Below, one piece after another: positions 46,898 to 57,643 of a stretch of DNA of 64,000 nt; the stretch's first letter is position 1; the number at the start of each line of letters is the position of its first letter. Origin of the DNA: a virus. Taxonomy: Duplodnaviria; Heunggongvirae; Uroviricota; Caudoviricetes. The stretch lies in the IMG/VR virus record IMGVR_UViG_3300026549_001031, one strand, 5' to 3'. The notes beneath the pieces are model-generated. The model worked only from the letters and a program-made list of their open reading frames with translations, made no database searches and was not told where the DNA came from. Both the position numbers and the translations under genes were made by a program.

Positions 46898-46978
46898 ACA
46901 GAGGGTAACATTGAGAGCCACATTAGTCTCAATTGTAATTGTAAATTAAATTTTTAATTAAAAAATGGAGGTACTATT

Positions 46979-47590
46979 ATGGTTGAGGCTAAATGCATTA
47001 TGAAAATTAAGGATAAGCAGGGAAACATTCAGGGATACAGACTAGTGGATGCAAATGGCATGGAGAATGATATAAATTCATTGGACTTAAAGAAAGCAAT
47101 TGCAAATGGACAAATACATGTTAGTAATTTGAAACTTACATCAAATAATAGGTTGATAGACACAGGAGATGGAGTAAACAAGGCAAAAAAGACAGAGGAT
47201 GAATTCTTCAATGCAATAGCTAAAATAGAGAAAAACTTTGCTAGGCAGGTTGGAGGAAAGTCTGGTGAGTGTGTTGAGAGAAACACAAGTCACGGAGTAA
47301 GTTATAAAGACATTATTACTAATGTTTATGGGTCATATGGAGTGCTTGTATACATTATATTTCCTGATGGTGAACCAAGTGCTAATGCAGAGTTTGCATT
47401 GGCACGTAATAATGGTTTTGCAGATGCAGAGTTTGCATTGGCACGTAATAATGGTTTTGCAGATGCAGAGTTTACATCAGTGATAGAATTACATGCACCA
47501 TTATATAGTGATAGTAACATTAAGAATATGCAGAGTTTATGTAATCAGTTTACTCAAAGCATCAAGAAGTGGATACAGGAAAAGAAATAA
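46979..47590 (+). CDS. hypothetical protein sharing the LigA N-terminal module
   Basis: GYRLVD...AIANGQIHVSNLKLTSNNRL. Confidence 0.75.
   Translation: MVEAKCIMKIKDKQGNIQGYRLVDANGMENDINSLDLKKAIANGQIHVSNLKLTSNNRLIDTGDGVNKAKKTEDEFFNAIAKIEKNFARQVGGKSGECVERNTSHGVSYKDIITNVYGSYGVLVYIIFPDGEPSANAEFALARNNGFADAEFALARNNGFADAEFTSVIELHAPLYSDSNIKNMQSLCNQFTQSIKKWIQEKK
47385..47473 (+). repeat. in-frame 39-bp tandem duplication
   Basis: ATGCAGAGTTTGCATTGGCACGTAATAATGGTTTTGCAG x2 plus partial (AEFALARNNGFAD). Confidence 0.9.
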
Positions 47591-47641
47591 GGCTGTGATA
47601 AGATAGAATGATACAGTGAAAATAATAGAAAGGACAGTATA

Positions 47642-48130
47642 ATGGTATTAGTTAGAAGTAAATTTCAACAAGTATGCACAGAAAATGGTATAGGTGATGA
47701 TAAAGTATTTTTGAATAACATAGGTAATTTAGTAGGTAAAGTAGATGGGGCAGATATACTGTATGAAAGACTTAGGGAATTAAATACTGAAATGATAAAT
47801 ATACCTAGGGGGATAAGTAAAGAGAGTTTAATATATAGCATAGGTATGTATTATGATACATGTGAAATATATCCTTTGGATATAGTATATGAGGCATTGT
47901 TAATTGATAGTAAAAACAGTGATAATTCAGATAAAAACAGGATGCTTGATGAAATATACAATATATATTGTAATAAATACGAGTATTTTATAGAGTGTCT
48001 TTCCCGTTTTGAAATTATGCCACATAATAATAGTAATTTAGAAAGAAAGCACACAGATGCTTTGAATACAAACATACAAGTACCTAATTTAATACAGCAG
48101 GAGAAGAGATATGCATTATTTGATGAATAA
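47642..48130 (+). CDS. hypothetical protein
   Basis: ORF overlapping the start of the HipA-like gene. Confidence 0.6.
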   Translation: MVLVRSKFQQVCTENGIGDDKVFLNNIGNLVGKVDGADILYERLRELNTEMINIPRGISKESLIYSIGMYYDTCEIYPLDIVYEALLIDSKNSDNSDKNRMLDEIYNIYCNKYEYFIECLSRFEIMPHNNSNLERKHTDALNTNIQVPNLIQQEKRYALFDE

Positions 48131-49181
48131 AGACATACCATGCTTGGAAATAGAAACAGGTAGGTACATACGATATGAAAGATGCCCTATTTCACTGATG
48201 CTAGATCCTAGGAGTGTGGGAATTAAATACAGCAAGGTTTATAAGTGGATACAGCAAAGAGCAGTTCCGCTAAGTAGAAAAAATGCAGATGCAATATATA
48301 TGGCAATGCAGTTACCTAGGGATAATTCAGAAACAGAGTTGATGTACTTAACCCATTCATTATCAATCAACGATAATTTCTGGATTGCAGACGAAAAGGA
48401 GATTTCAAACATCAGTTATTATAATATATCCTTGTTTCGTAATAGTTTTGCAGAAGCCATGTATCTTGTAGCTTTGAAGGGCAATAAGTTTACAATTTCA
48501 GATAGTAGGCTATCACCCGAATTCACAGGGCAAGGCAGTTATCCAAAGTGTTTTATCAGGGGGACAGATGGTATATACATCGTTAAAAATCAATCAATAC
48601 AGGAAACAATGAATGAGATCCTAGCTTGTTATATTGCTGAACTTCTGGGAATTAAGACAGCACATTATGATTACATCAAGTTTAGTGGATTAGACTGTAC
48701 TAAATCTAAGATTTTAACAAACGAGCAATTAAATTGGGAGTCAGCATTTAGTGTGTCAGAGGCATTAGCATTAAGAGGGCAAACACCTCAGGAATACATG
48801 ATGAAACATTACACTGTAGACTTTTGCAATATGATTATATTTGATGCATTGGTATTAAATGCAGATAGGCATATGAAAAATTGGTCATTTGAAATAGATG
48901 CTGAAAGCAATGTAATAAGAGGTTTGAGTCCTAGCTATGATTACAATAAAGCATTTGAAGCTGATAGTAAGACAACAAGCACATTGATATTTGACAACAA
49001 TAGAAGGTTGAACATACTGGAGGCAGGTAGATACACTTATAACAATTATGGCTGTTCAATTGACCTTTGTGGTTTATATGATACTGTTGATGGACTTAAT
49101 GTAAAAATGGATAAGCAAGCTTTTAAGAATAGAATTGCATATATTCTTGGGAGGAAAGACTCTCAAATAGATTGTTATTGA
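48111..49181 (+). CDS. HipA-like protein kinase
   Basis: SLSINDNFW, TGQGSYPK, FDALVLNADRHMKNW, LSPSYD. Confidence 0.8.
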   Translation: MHYLMNKDIPCLEIETGRYIRYERCPISLMLDPRSVGIKYSKVYKWIQQRAVPLSRKNADAIYMAMQLPRDNSETELMYLTHSLSINDNFWIADEKEISNISYYNISLFRNSFAEAMYLVALKGNKFTISDSRLSPEFTGQGSYPKCFIRGTDGIYIVKNQSIQETMNEILACYIAELLGIKTAHYDYIKFSGLDCTKSKILTNEQLNWESAFSVSEALALRGQTPQEYMMKHYTVDFCNMIIFDALVLNADRHMKNWSFEIDAESNVIRGLSPSYDYNKAFEADSKTTSTLIFDNNRRLNILEAGRYTYNNYGCSIDLCGLYDTVDGLNVKMDKQAFKNRIAYILGRKDSQIDCY

Positions 49182-49241
49182 ATTTTCAAACTACTTATAT
49201 TACAATTATAAGTAGTTTTTAATTTTTATAATAATTAAGAA

Positions 49242-49919
49242 GTGAGGAAATCTGGGATGGCGCAGATGAGTGGTCAACAAACAGTAGTGACATTAGATCA
49301 GGCATTAGATTATTGGTTTAATCAGCTTGTAGTGGATGTAAAGCAATATATAGTAAGTAAGGTGCAAAGATATGGTTTGCAATATGCAACAAATCCTCTT
49401 GTGCATACCAGTTCAGCTTATCTTGGACATGGTAAAGATTATACTATCTGGTATAGATTTAGCGGTAACAGTAAATTATATTACTTTACCATTGTACGAA
49501 TGAGTGTAGCATTAAGACAATATAGTAAGAGCTGCTGGGATGAGAGTGGTCGTAGCTGGATAAATAGAGTATACAATGATAGAATGGATTATGCTAAGGC
49601 TAAATGGTATGACTTACCATTACAGGAATACATTGAATACTTGAAACAAACATATGCAGCAGCATATAGACAAAACAAGGCACAGCCTGAATTATATGTT
49701 GAAATCACATTAGGTCCTGTGACAACACATGAATTGGGTTTAGATCCTTCTTGGAAGAGAAATGCACCACATAATAGTTTATTAAAAGACAATAAGGTTG
49801 ATAAATATGACTTATTAAGTGTAGGGAATACAGATTATTTTACACTACTTAAACAGACAGAACAAGGGTGTATGCAGGAAATAATGGAAGCAAACATAGA
49901 TCCATTTCCATTACCATAA
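49242..49919 (+). CDS. hypothetical protein
   Basis: Long ORF; start uncertain. Confidence 0.65.
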   Translation: MRKSGMAQMSGQQTVVTLDQALDYWFNQLVVDVKQYIVSKVQRYGLQYATNPLVHTSSAYLGHGKDYTIWYRFSGNSKLYYFTIVRMSVALRQYSKSCWDESGRSWINRVYNDRMDYAKAKWYDLPLQEYIEYLKQTYAAAYRQNKAQPELYVEITLGPVTTHELGLDPSWKRNAPHNSLLKDNKVDKYDLLSVGNTDYFTLLKQTEQGCMQEIMEANIDPFPLP

Positions 49920-49942
49920 TTTTGAAATGAGGTGATACATAA

Positions 49943-50134
49943 ATGAATTACAGTTATGCATTAGAGAAGAGAGATATTTCAAGGATAAATAAATTAAATG
50001 CACTAACAAATGCAAACACTTTTTATGACGATGTAAGAAAGATCACTAGAAATGTAAAATCAGACCATGCTATTAAGAGATGGCAGTGTTTAGCAGATGC
50101 AAGGTTCAATGAATTAACACACGGAATAAGATAG
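49943..50134 (+). CDS. hypothetical protein
   Basis: GAGGTG RBS. Confidence 0.6.
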   Translation: MNYSYALEKRDISRINKLNALTNANTFYDDVRKITRNVKSDHAIKRWQCLADARFNELTHGIR

Positions 50135-50165
50135 GAGATACAGTGGAAATTGGGAGGTAAGAGTC

Positions 50166-50886
50166 ATGATTAGTACAAAATGTACAATGAAGTTTAGAGA
50201 TAAAACAGGTAAAATTATGGGATACAGACTTGTAGATTTGAAAGGTCAAAAACAAAATATTAAGCCTGAAATTCTAAAAGCAGCAATTAAAAAATGGTCA
50301 GATATCTGTAGTAAATTTAACACTTACAAGTGATAATAGATTGGTTGACACATCAGATAAGCAGTATCAACGAAAGAAAATAGGCAGTACATCTGCAGAT
50401 GAAATGCATGTGAAAAATAGAACAAGACTAATGGCTAAGGATAATGCACATAGGATGCGGATGGCTAATGCAATAGTTTGTATGAACATGGAATGTGCAG
50501 ATTATACAGAAAGTTTAACAGATATGATATGTGCAATAGCAGGTATTTGTACTGACTATCCTGATTGCAATAATAGAACACTCATTAGATACCAGACGAA
50601 AGCATTCTTAAAGTTGATGGATACAGATAAAGATTATGTTAAGAACTTCCTTTATAGTAGATTGACTCATAATTTTGCTGGTTTTAGGAGAGGAATTGAT
50701 CAGTATTTAGCTACCAAAGATTTAAGGGGTGCAGAGATGATAATTGGAAGTCTCAGGTTGATTAAAGAGTACCTTGAGGGAGACTTTGGAGAATCAGAGT
50801 ATGATAGGGAGTCATTAACAGCTAAGATCAGTAACTTCTTGATTGAAAATGAGAACAGAGTGAAACTTGAAAGAGCATTGGGATAA
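50166..50886 (+). pseudogene. frameshifted gene carrying the LigA-type N-terminal module
   Basis: GGAGG RBS, ATG 50166; removing one A from A6 at 50289-50294 gives AIKNGQISVVNLTLTSDNRLVDT and joins ORF 50341-50886. Confidence 0.8.
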
Positions 50887-50911
50887 GATAGACAAGTAAA
50901 GAGGGATTAAC

Positions 50912-51349
50912 ATGTTTTATTATTTAATTACTTTTATAGTAGGAACTGGGCAACAGGCAAGAGTGTTGAGGTCAGATGAAAAATTAGAGACAGGCGCTAT
51001 AAAACAGTATTATACTAAATACAGTAAAATGAATGGGCTTAGAATAAAGTCAATAGTGCCTATTGAAAATGAGAAAAACATTACAAATTTGAGTATAGAC
51101 AACTATCTTAAATTTGGAGATCTATATGCACAGCGTGCATTAGAGTATTCAGAGCACTATGGAATAGTTACATACAAGGTAGTAAATAATAAAATGACAT
51201 ATAATCAAAATTATAACAATAGTGAGTGTATAGGAGGAGTTTGGAAAAGAAATCCTTGTACATACAGGAGAACGGTTAATCTTGATACATTTGAAGTAAA
51301 AACAGAGAAATTACAGAGATTGCAGAAAAATGGTTGGGATAACGTATAA
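50912..51349 (+). CDS. hypothetical protein
   Basis: ORF track. Confidence 0.65.
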   Translation: MFYYLITFIVGTGQQARVLRSDEKLETGAIKQYYTKYSKMNGLRIKSIVPIENEKNITNLSIDNYLKFGDLYAQRALEYSEHYGIVTYKVVNNKMTYNQNYNNSECIGGVWKRNPCTYRRTVNLDTFEVKTEKLQRLQKNGWDNV

Positions 51350-51370
51350 ATTAGTGGGAGGTAATACAGA

Positions 51371-51709
51371 ATGAGTGAAATTCAGGAAAGAAAAAATAAG
51401 GCAATACCTACAATTAGTGTGCCTAGCATAAGAGAATATGAGATCAACAGTAGTGATGAACAGTTGGTTTCATTGAGGGACAAAGGTTTAATTGTGAAAT
51501 CACAGTACAATAAACAGGGAATACCTGGTAGTTATCCTGACTGCTATGCAAGAGAAACAGTGGCAGACATGTTGGTTAAGGCACAGCATAGTTTAGAGTG
51601 GTGGCATTATGACTATGGTGATAAGTTTTGGGCTTACTTCACAAAAAATGAGGCAATATATGACGGAGTAATAGACGTGGACTTTCCTAATAGGTTTCCA
51701 TTAAGATAA
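51371..51709 (+). pseudogene. internally deleted D-Ala-D-Ala peptidase (M15/VanX-like)
   Basis: CYARETVADMLVKAQHSL joined directly to EWWHYDYGD; central D.RP and H..G.A.D segment absent. Confidence 0.7.
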
Positions 51710-51722
51710 AGGAGGTAGCAGT

Positions 51723-52667
51723 ATGGGAAATAAATGGCATGTATGTAGTTTAGACAGCATGAGTTTTGAGGGTATCTTTGATACAAAAGAAAAGGCAATG
51801 CAACAAATAGAACTTTACAAGAAAAGTAAAGTTAATAACTTGATTCTGTTTAAAGAGGCAGGTAGAGTTTCAGTAATTGCAGCAAATCTTAAAAGAGTAA
51901 CATTTGATAGTGATAGTGATTTTAAAGAATACATAAAGAATCTTGAAAGATACTATGGATCCTTACAGATACGTAATATAAATCCTTCAGTGACAATGCC
52001 TGTTGGAGAGGTAATCAATGAGGTTTGGACTAGAGATGGAGATAAAGTAGCAAGTATCATAAAGAATGAGGTTACTTGCTTAAAAGACTTGTCTTTGACA
52101 TTATCAAAATATATAAAACCTGAGTTGATTAGGACAGACTTGATAAAAGTGTATAGATTGCATGAGATTACAGTGCCATTAGCATTAGGCTTAAGCAATA
52201 TAAAAATAGATACAGTTTCAGGTGTTTGGCATTTTGAAATTGTACACAGCAATGGGGAAGTAATATTATACAGTAAAGATGTGGTTAATACTCAAGATAG
52301 TTGGGCATATACAGATGTGGATGCCTTGTTAAAGAAGGTGAACTACACTATAGAGTATTATAGTAGAAAATTTCCTTATGAGAGTCATTTAAAACTTGAT
52401 AAGATTGCAGGTTGGATTAGTGGACTTACAGGTACAAAATATGACTTTGCAGGAGAGGACAATGGTAGTTTAGCACTGGACTTCAATGTTGGAATCAGTT
52501 ACCTTAAAAATAAAGAGGGTAAGGGTTTATATTTTGCATTGAATACTAACAGTGGTAAAGAGATAGCTACAGTAGATTTGAATGAATGCAATGGGGATGT
52601 AAACACATTTGTTACAAGGGTTGCACAGATAATAAATAATAGAGATGTAAAGTTAATAAAAAGATAA
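51723..52667 (+). CDS. hypothetical protein
   Basis: AAGGAGG RBS. Confidence 0.7.
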   Translation: MGNKWHVCSLDSMSFEGIFDTKEKAMQQIELYKKSKVNNLILFKEAGRVSVIAANLKRVTFDSDSDFKEYIKNLERYYGSLQIRNINPSVTMPVGEVINEVWTRDGDKVASIIKNEVTCLKDLSLTLSKYIKPELIRTDLIKVYRLHEITVPLALGLSNIKIDTVSGVWHFEIVHSNGEVILYSKDVVNTQDSWAYTDVDALLKKVNYTIEYYSRKFPYESHLKLDKIAGWISGLTGTKYDFAGEDNGSLALDFNVGISYLKNKEGKGLYFALNTNSGKEIATVDLNECNGDVNTFVTRVAQIINNRDVKLIKR

Positions 52668-52682
52668 GGAGGACAGTAAAAA

Positions 52683-52907
52683 ATGGTAAAGACATTGTAT
52701 AAAATTAACGTATTCAATCAGATTGGTCTTGTGGGCTATCTGAAAGAATTGAGCATGCAGAGACAGGAAATACTTTATACATTAAAACAGGGAGAGGCTA
52801 GATCATTTGATAATAAAGATGAGGCAGAGAAAATAGCTAAGAGGCTTAGAAAAATGTGTGGAGCTGCAATGACAGTTGAGGTTAATAGCTATAAAGTAAC
52901 AATGTAA
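52683..52907 (+). CDS. hypothetical protein
   Basis: AGGAGG RBS. Confidence 0.65.
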   Translation: MVKTLYKINVFNQIGLVGYLKELSMQRQEILYTLKQGEARSFDNKDEAEKIAKRLRKMCGAAMTVEVNSYKVTM

Positions 52908-52921
52908 CAGGAGGAAATCAA

Positions 52922-53782
52922 ATGAAAGCATTTAGGTTTGAGTTTACTGATAGAAATGGGAAAGATAATGCATTGGTAACAGGCATTGCTAATTTTAGTG
53001 GCTTTGAAAATGTGATGTTAAGAGCAGGGGTTTATAAATACGAGCAGTTAACACAGAATTTCAAAGAGTTAAAATACATGAAATTTGGAGATAAACAGTG
53101 TTTCAGAGGAGCAAATGACAATGAGACAGTAGATGTGGTGTGCTTTGATTCTGATAAGGCTAACACATTTGATGAAATTGAGTACATATTAGATTCATTG
53201 AAAAAGCAGATAGCAGGGCTTACATACAATGTAAAAGAAAAGAATAATCATTATGGAAGAATGACAGGTGCAATACAGATCAACAAAGTGCATTGCACTT
53301 ATTCAGCAGACTTATGTTTGAATAAATTGACAATTACAGTAAAAAGTAAGAACACTAAGGGAGAAACCGTTTGTAAACCTGTATCAGTTCATATATTGGG
53401 TAAAGACAGTGTATTTTTAAATAGGGCAGCAGAGGAAATGAAAAACAAGCTTAATTCAACAAAGAGAGCACATACAGATTTTGTTGATATAGTCAATAAA
53501 ATAGTGACACTTATAAACAGCAATCAGCCTGGAGAAGTAAGTGTGTACAAGGATAATAATTGGAGTGTTGACTTCAAGATTGATCAGACAGGCAATAAAT
53601 GTATGATATGTACAAAAGAAGATGCTAGACGAACAGGAACGGATAGAGTTAAGCAAACCTTTATTCATTGTATACCTGGTACAGAGTCAGGGTTTGTCAC
53701 TGACTTTCAATTGAAGTCATCAGTTGAAAAGAGAGTAAGAACAGTAATTAAAGGACTGAACATTGTAGGTTGTACTGTATAA
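52922..53782 (+). CDS. hypothetical protein
   Basis: AGGAGG RBS. Confidence 0.7.
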   Translation: MKAFRFEFTDRNGKDNALVTGIANFSGFENVMLRAGVYKYEQLTQNFKELKYMKFGDKQCFRGANDNETVDVVCFDSDKANTFDEIEYILDSLKKQIAGLTYNVKEKNNHYGRMTGAIQINKVHCTYSADLCLNKLTITVKSKNTKGETVCKPVSVHILGKDSVFLNRAAEEMKNKLNSTKRAHTDFVDIVNKIVTLINSNQPGEVSVYKDNNWSVDFKIDQTGNKCMICTKEDARRTGTDRVKQTFIHCIPGTESGFVTDFQLKSSVEKRVRTVIKGLNIVGCTV

Positions 53783-53935
53783 CATATGAAAAATAGGAAT
53801 TAACAGAGATATGTAGTGAAGAGCAGTCAGGGTTTAACTTCACTACATATTTTTGTGCATTGATATAAAATAATAAAAATTATTTTTATTTTATAGTAAT
53901 TGTTTAGGACATTATAAACTAAGGAGATAGCTTAA

Positions 53936-56596
53936 ATGAGTAGTGATATGAACAGTATAACTGATAAGATAATCAGTGAAACTCAGCGAAGTGAGAAGGC
54001 TGAAAGAGAGAAGAGCATAGGAAAGAAGTCAAGTAGACAGACTAAAAAAGAGAATAAGGCAAAGAATAAAAAGAGTTCTACAAATATGGTAAGTGGAAGT
54101 CAAAGCAAAGAAAAGATTAAACAGGATAAAAAGGCAATTAAACAGCAGAAAAAAGCTGAAAAGAAAGAGAAGAAAAAAGAGAAGAAAAAGATCAAGTCAT
54201 TTATTGGTAGAGTACTCAATGACAGACAGAATAGACCATTGGGATTGACAATCTTAGCATTATTCTTTGCAGTACCTCTTGATGTATTAAGAATTATTAA
54301 AAACCTGATACTTGGGTTAGTGGTCATTTGTTTAATTTGTGGAGCAACTATTTGTGGTATCGCATATACAAAGGTCAAGCCTATTTATGATGACTACAAT
54401 AAATTCGCAACAGAAGCAGTAGATAATTGTACAGTCAACACATTTAAGATGGAAGAGGCAACTCACATTTATGATAACAAGGGTAATTTGTTGGTAAGGT
54501 TGCATGGAGATCAAGATAGTGCATATCTTGTTTATGAGGATATACCTGTTGATGTAATAAATGCGTTTATTGCTGTAGAGGACAGGTCATTTTGGGATAA
54601 TGGAGGTATTGATGTTAAAGGACTTATAAGAGTTGGAGTTAATGCAATTAAGTCAAGTGGTGATGAAGTTCATGGAGCATCAACAATAACACAGCAGCTT
54701 TCAAGAAATATTTTCTTGTCACATGAAGTTTCATTAGAGCGTAAAGCAAAAGAGATGCTTATTTCTTTGAAATTGACAAAGAAGTTTACTAAAGAGCAGA
54801 TAATGGAATTTTATGTCAATGATATTTGTTTTGCTAATGCATTTTATGGTATTGAGTCAGCAGCAAATGGTTACTTTGATAAATCAGTTAAGGACTTGTC
54901 ACTTTCACAGATTACTTATTTATGTGCAATACCTAACAGTCCTGAATATTATAACCCATATAAATATCCTGAGAGGGCATTGGAAAGAAGAGATAAGATC
55001 CTTAAGGATATGAGGGGGTTAGGATATATTACAGAGAATGAATACAAAGAAGCAGTTGCAGAAAAGATAGAGATTAAGAAACCTAAATATACATTTCATA
55101 ATTACTTATCAACATATGCTATTGATTGTGCTACAAAGTATATGATGAAAAAAGACGGTTTCAAGTTTAAGTACTCTTGGAAAAATGATAAGGAGTACAA
55201 GAAATATAAAGAGAAGTACAGTGTGGCATATGACAGTGCTAAACAAGAGTTAGCAACAGGTGGTTATGATGTTTATACAACGTTAGACCAAACAGTACAG
55301 AAGAAAATGCAAAAGGTACTTGATAAGGGATTGTCATTTGATAAGAGTAAAGACGTTGCAACTAAGGTTTATAAGTTGCAGGGAGCAGTTACAGTAGTTG
55401 ATAACAGTTCAGGAAAAGTAATTGCAGTTGTTGGAGGTAGAAGTCAGAAGAATGATAGTAAGACTTATAGTTTGAATAGGGCTTATCAGAGTTATAGACA
55501 GCCTGGAAGTACAATAAAGCCTTTAGCAGTTTATACACCAGCATTGATGAATGGATATACGCCTGATACAATAGTTTATAACATTGATGTTTCAGCAGCT
55601 AAACGTAAGGGTGCTAATGTTCAAGCAATGAGAGGTCAGGCAATGACATTAAGAAATGCACTTGAGTGGAGTAAAAATGGTGTTGCTTGGCAGGTGTTTG
55701 ATAAGTTAAAGCCTAAGAAAGCTTTGAAGTACATGACAAAGATGCAGTTCAGCAATATATGTCCTAGTGACTATTATGATAGTGCAGCACTTGGTGGTTT
55801 AACATATGGAGTAACAACTACAGAAATGGCAGGTGCATATAGTACTTTAGTGAATCATGGAGAATACAGAGAAACAACATGTGTAGATAAGATACTTGAT
55901 AGAAATAAGAATAACATTTATTCTGATGCCGATACAAAGCAAGTTTACAGTGCTAAAGCAGCTGATACAATGGTTGATATGATGACTGGCGTATTAACAA
56001 AGGGAACAGCTTCAAAGTTGAATTGGTACAGTAAAACAAAACAGGTGGCTGCTTGTAAAACTGGAACAACAAATAGAAGTAAAGATGGTTGGTTATGTGG
56101 ATTCACTAATTATTATACAGTTGCAGTTTGGGTTGGATATGACCAGCCTAAAGAACTTAGTAACTTATATGGTGCAACATATCCTGGTCAGATATGGCGT
56201 GATTGTCAGTTGGCTTTGAACAAGAATAAAAAAGTCAAGACAAAGTTTGCAAGGTATAAATCAGGGGATGAGGATGATTTAGACAGCTTTGATTTTTCAG
56301 AGACAGATACACTTCCAAGTGAGGCATATAAGAAATACTTACCTGGGCGTAGTGATACAGAGGTTTTGTCACCTGGTTATACAGTTGAGGACTATAGAAA
56401 AGACAGAGTGCTTGGTGAGAGCGTGGATGCAGTGATTGATTATATGAATCAGTTACCAAAGGATAGTCCAACATATGATAGTGATTTGGTTACACTTTAT
56501 AATCAAGGTAAACAGGTAGTTGATAAAATTTACAGTGTAAAATATACAAGTGAGATGCTTGGTAAATTAAATTCAGCATATTATAGTTTGCAGTAG
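53936..56596 (+). CDS. class A penicillin-binding protein (transglycosylase plus transpeptidase)
   Basis: EDRSF, GASTITQQL, RKAKE; STIK (SxxK), SKN (SxN), KTGT; TM anchor. Confidence 0.95.
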   Translation: MSSDMNSITDKIISETQRSEKAEREKSIGKKSSRQTKKENKAKNKKSSTNMVSGSQSKEKIKQDKKAIKQQKKAEKKEKKKEKKKIKSFIGRVLNDRQNRPLGLTILALFFAVPLDVLRIIKNLILGLVVICLICGATICGIAYTKVKPIYDDYNKFATEAVDNCTVNTFKMEEATHIYDNKGNLLVRLHGDQDSAYLVYEDIPVDVINAFIAVEDRSFWDNGGIDVKGLIRVGVNAIKSSGDEVHGASTITQQLSRNIFLSHEVSLERKAKEMLISLKLTKKFTKEQIMEFYVNDICFANAFYGIESAANGYFDKSVKDLSLSQITYLCAIPNSPEYYNPYKYPERALERRDKILKDMRGLGYITENEYKEAVAEKIEIKKPKYTFHNYLSTYAIDCATKYMMKKDGFKFKYSWKNDKEYKKYKEKYSVAYDSAKQELATGGYDVYTTLDQTVQKKMQKVLDKGLSFDKSKDVATKVYKLQGAVTVVDNSSGKVIAVVGGRSQKNDSKTYSLNRAYQSYRQPGSTIKPLAVYTPALMNGYTPDTIVYNIDVSAAKRKGANVQAMRGQAMTLRNALEWSKNGVAWQVFDKLKPKKALKYMTKMQFSNICPSDYYDSAALGGLTYGVTTTEMAGAYSTLVNHGEYRETTCVDKILDRNKNNIYSDADTKQVYSAKAADTMVDMMTGVLTKGTASKLNWYSKTKQVAACKTGTTNRSKDGWLCGFTNYYTVAVWVGYDQPKELSNLYGATYPGQIWRDCQLALNKNKKVKTKFARYKSGDEDDLDSFDFSETDTLPSEAYKKYLPGRSDTEVLSPGYTVEDYRKDRVLGESVDAVIDYMNQLPKDSPTYDSDLVTLYNQGKQVVDKIYSVKYTSEMLGKLNSAYYSLQ

Positions 56597-56636
56597 AGAC
56601 ATAAAGTGAAAGAGTGAAGCAAAGAGGGTTCATAAG

Positions 56637-57539
56637 ATGAGCAAGATGAGTAGAAATGATCTCCCTGAAGATTACAGGGAGATCTGGGATAGATTGTTGA
56701 TGCCTGTTGATACTAACATATCATTTGATGATGTAATCTTAAGTCAGGAAAACACAGATAAGTATAAGGCATTTATAAAGGAGCAGCAGTACAGAGATAA
56801 GTTATATGAATACGGTTTGGAACCTATGAATAGACTTCTGTTGTATGGAGCGTCTGGTACAGGTAAAACGTTTAGTCTTAAAGCTTTAAGTAATTTACTT
56901 GGTTATACAATGTTGTACGTTGATATTAGTAAGTCACTTACAGATGGAAATGTGGCGTCTAACATTTCAGATATTTTCAAGCTTGGTAATTATATTGGAA
57001 ACTGCATTATATTCTTTGATGAGTGTGATGCAATAGCTTGGAACAGGGATGGGGCTAACACTGATGGTGGAGTGGTTAGACGTGCAACAAACTCTGTATT
57101 TCAGAATTTGGATCAGATGAATCATTCAAATGTGTTTGCAGCAGCTACTAACTTGTTACATAAACTTGATCCTGCTTTTGAAAGACGTTTCAATTTGAAA
57201 ATGATGTTTACACGTCCTGATTTGGACATGGATGAGTGCATTAAACATTTCATGTATCCCAAGTTTATTTTGAATGATGACGTTAGGGAAGATGCAAGAG
57301 AGCTTATTAAAAAGAGGGCGCGACAAAATACAAAATTAAGTTACTATGAAATTGAAGAGATTGTCAAGAGAGGAATGAAAAGAGCAGTGTTAAATGATAC
57401 TGTAGAGGTTAAAACTTCTGATATATACAGGGATTTAGCAGTTAGCATAAATTACAAAATGAAGTTTGACACAGCTTCAGATCCTGAATACATCTTTCAT
57501 AATGATAATACATATGATCCTACGGCAAGGAAAGCATAG
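56637..57539 (+). CDS. AAA+ ATPase
   Basis: GASGTGKT, FFDECD, AATN, LDPAFERRF. Confidence 0.9.
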   Translation: MSKMSRNDLPEDYREIWDRLLMPVDTNISFDDVILSQENTDKYKAFIKEQQYRDKLYEYGLEPMNRLLLYGASGTGKTFSLKALSNLLGYTMLYVDISKSLTDGNVASNISDIFKLGNYIGNCIIFFDECDAIAWNRDGANTDGGVVRRATNSVFQNLDQMNHSNVFAAATNLLHKLDPAFERRFNLKMMFTRPDLDMDECIKHFMYPKFILNDDVREDARELIKKRARQNTKLSYYEIEEIVKRGMKRAVLNDTVEVKTSDIYRDLAVSINYKMKFDTASDPEYIFHNDNTYDPTARKA

Positions 57540-57643
57540 GGTACAAGAGGTTGGACAGTGAGTGCAAGATTGGCATAGTAGTAAAGAGCATGGCATTATT
57601 GGTTAAGGAGCTTAACATAAAATATAAAAATAATAACATGAAG

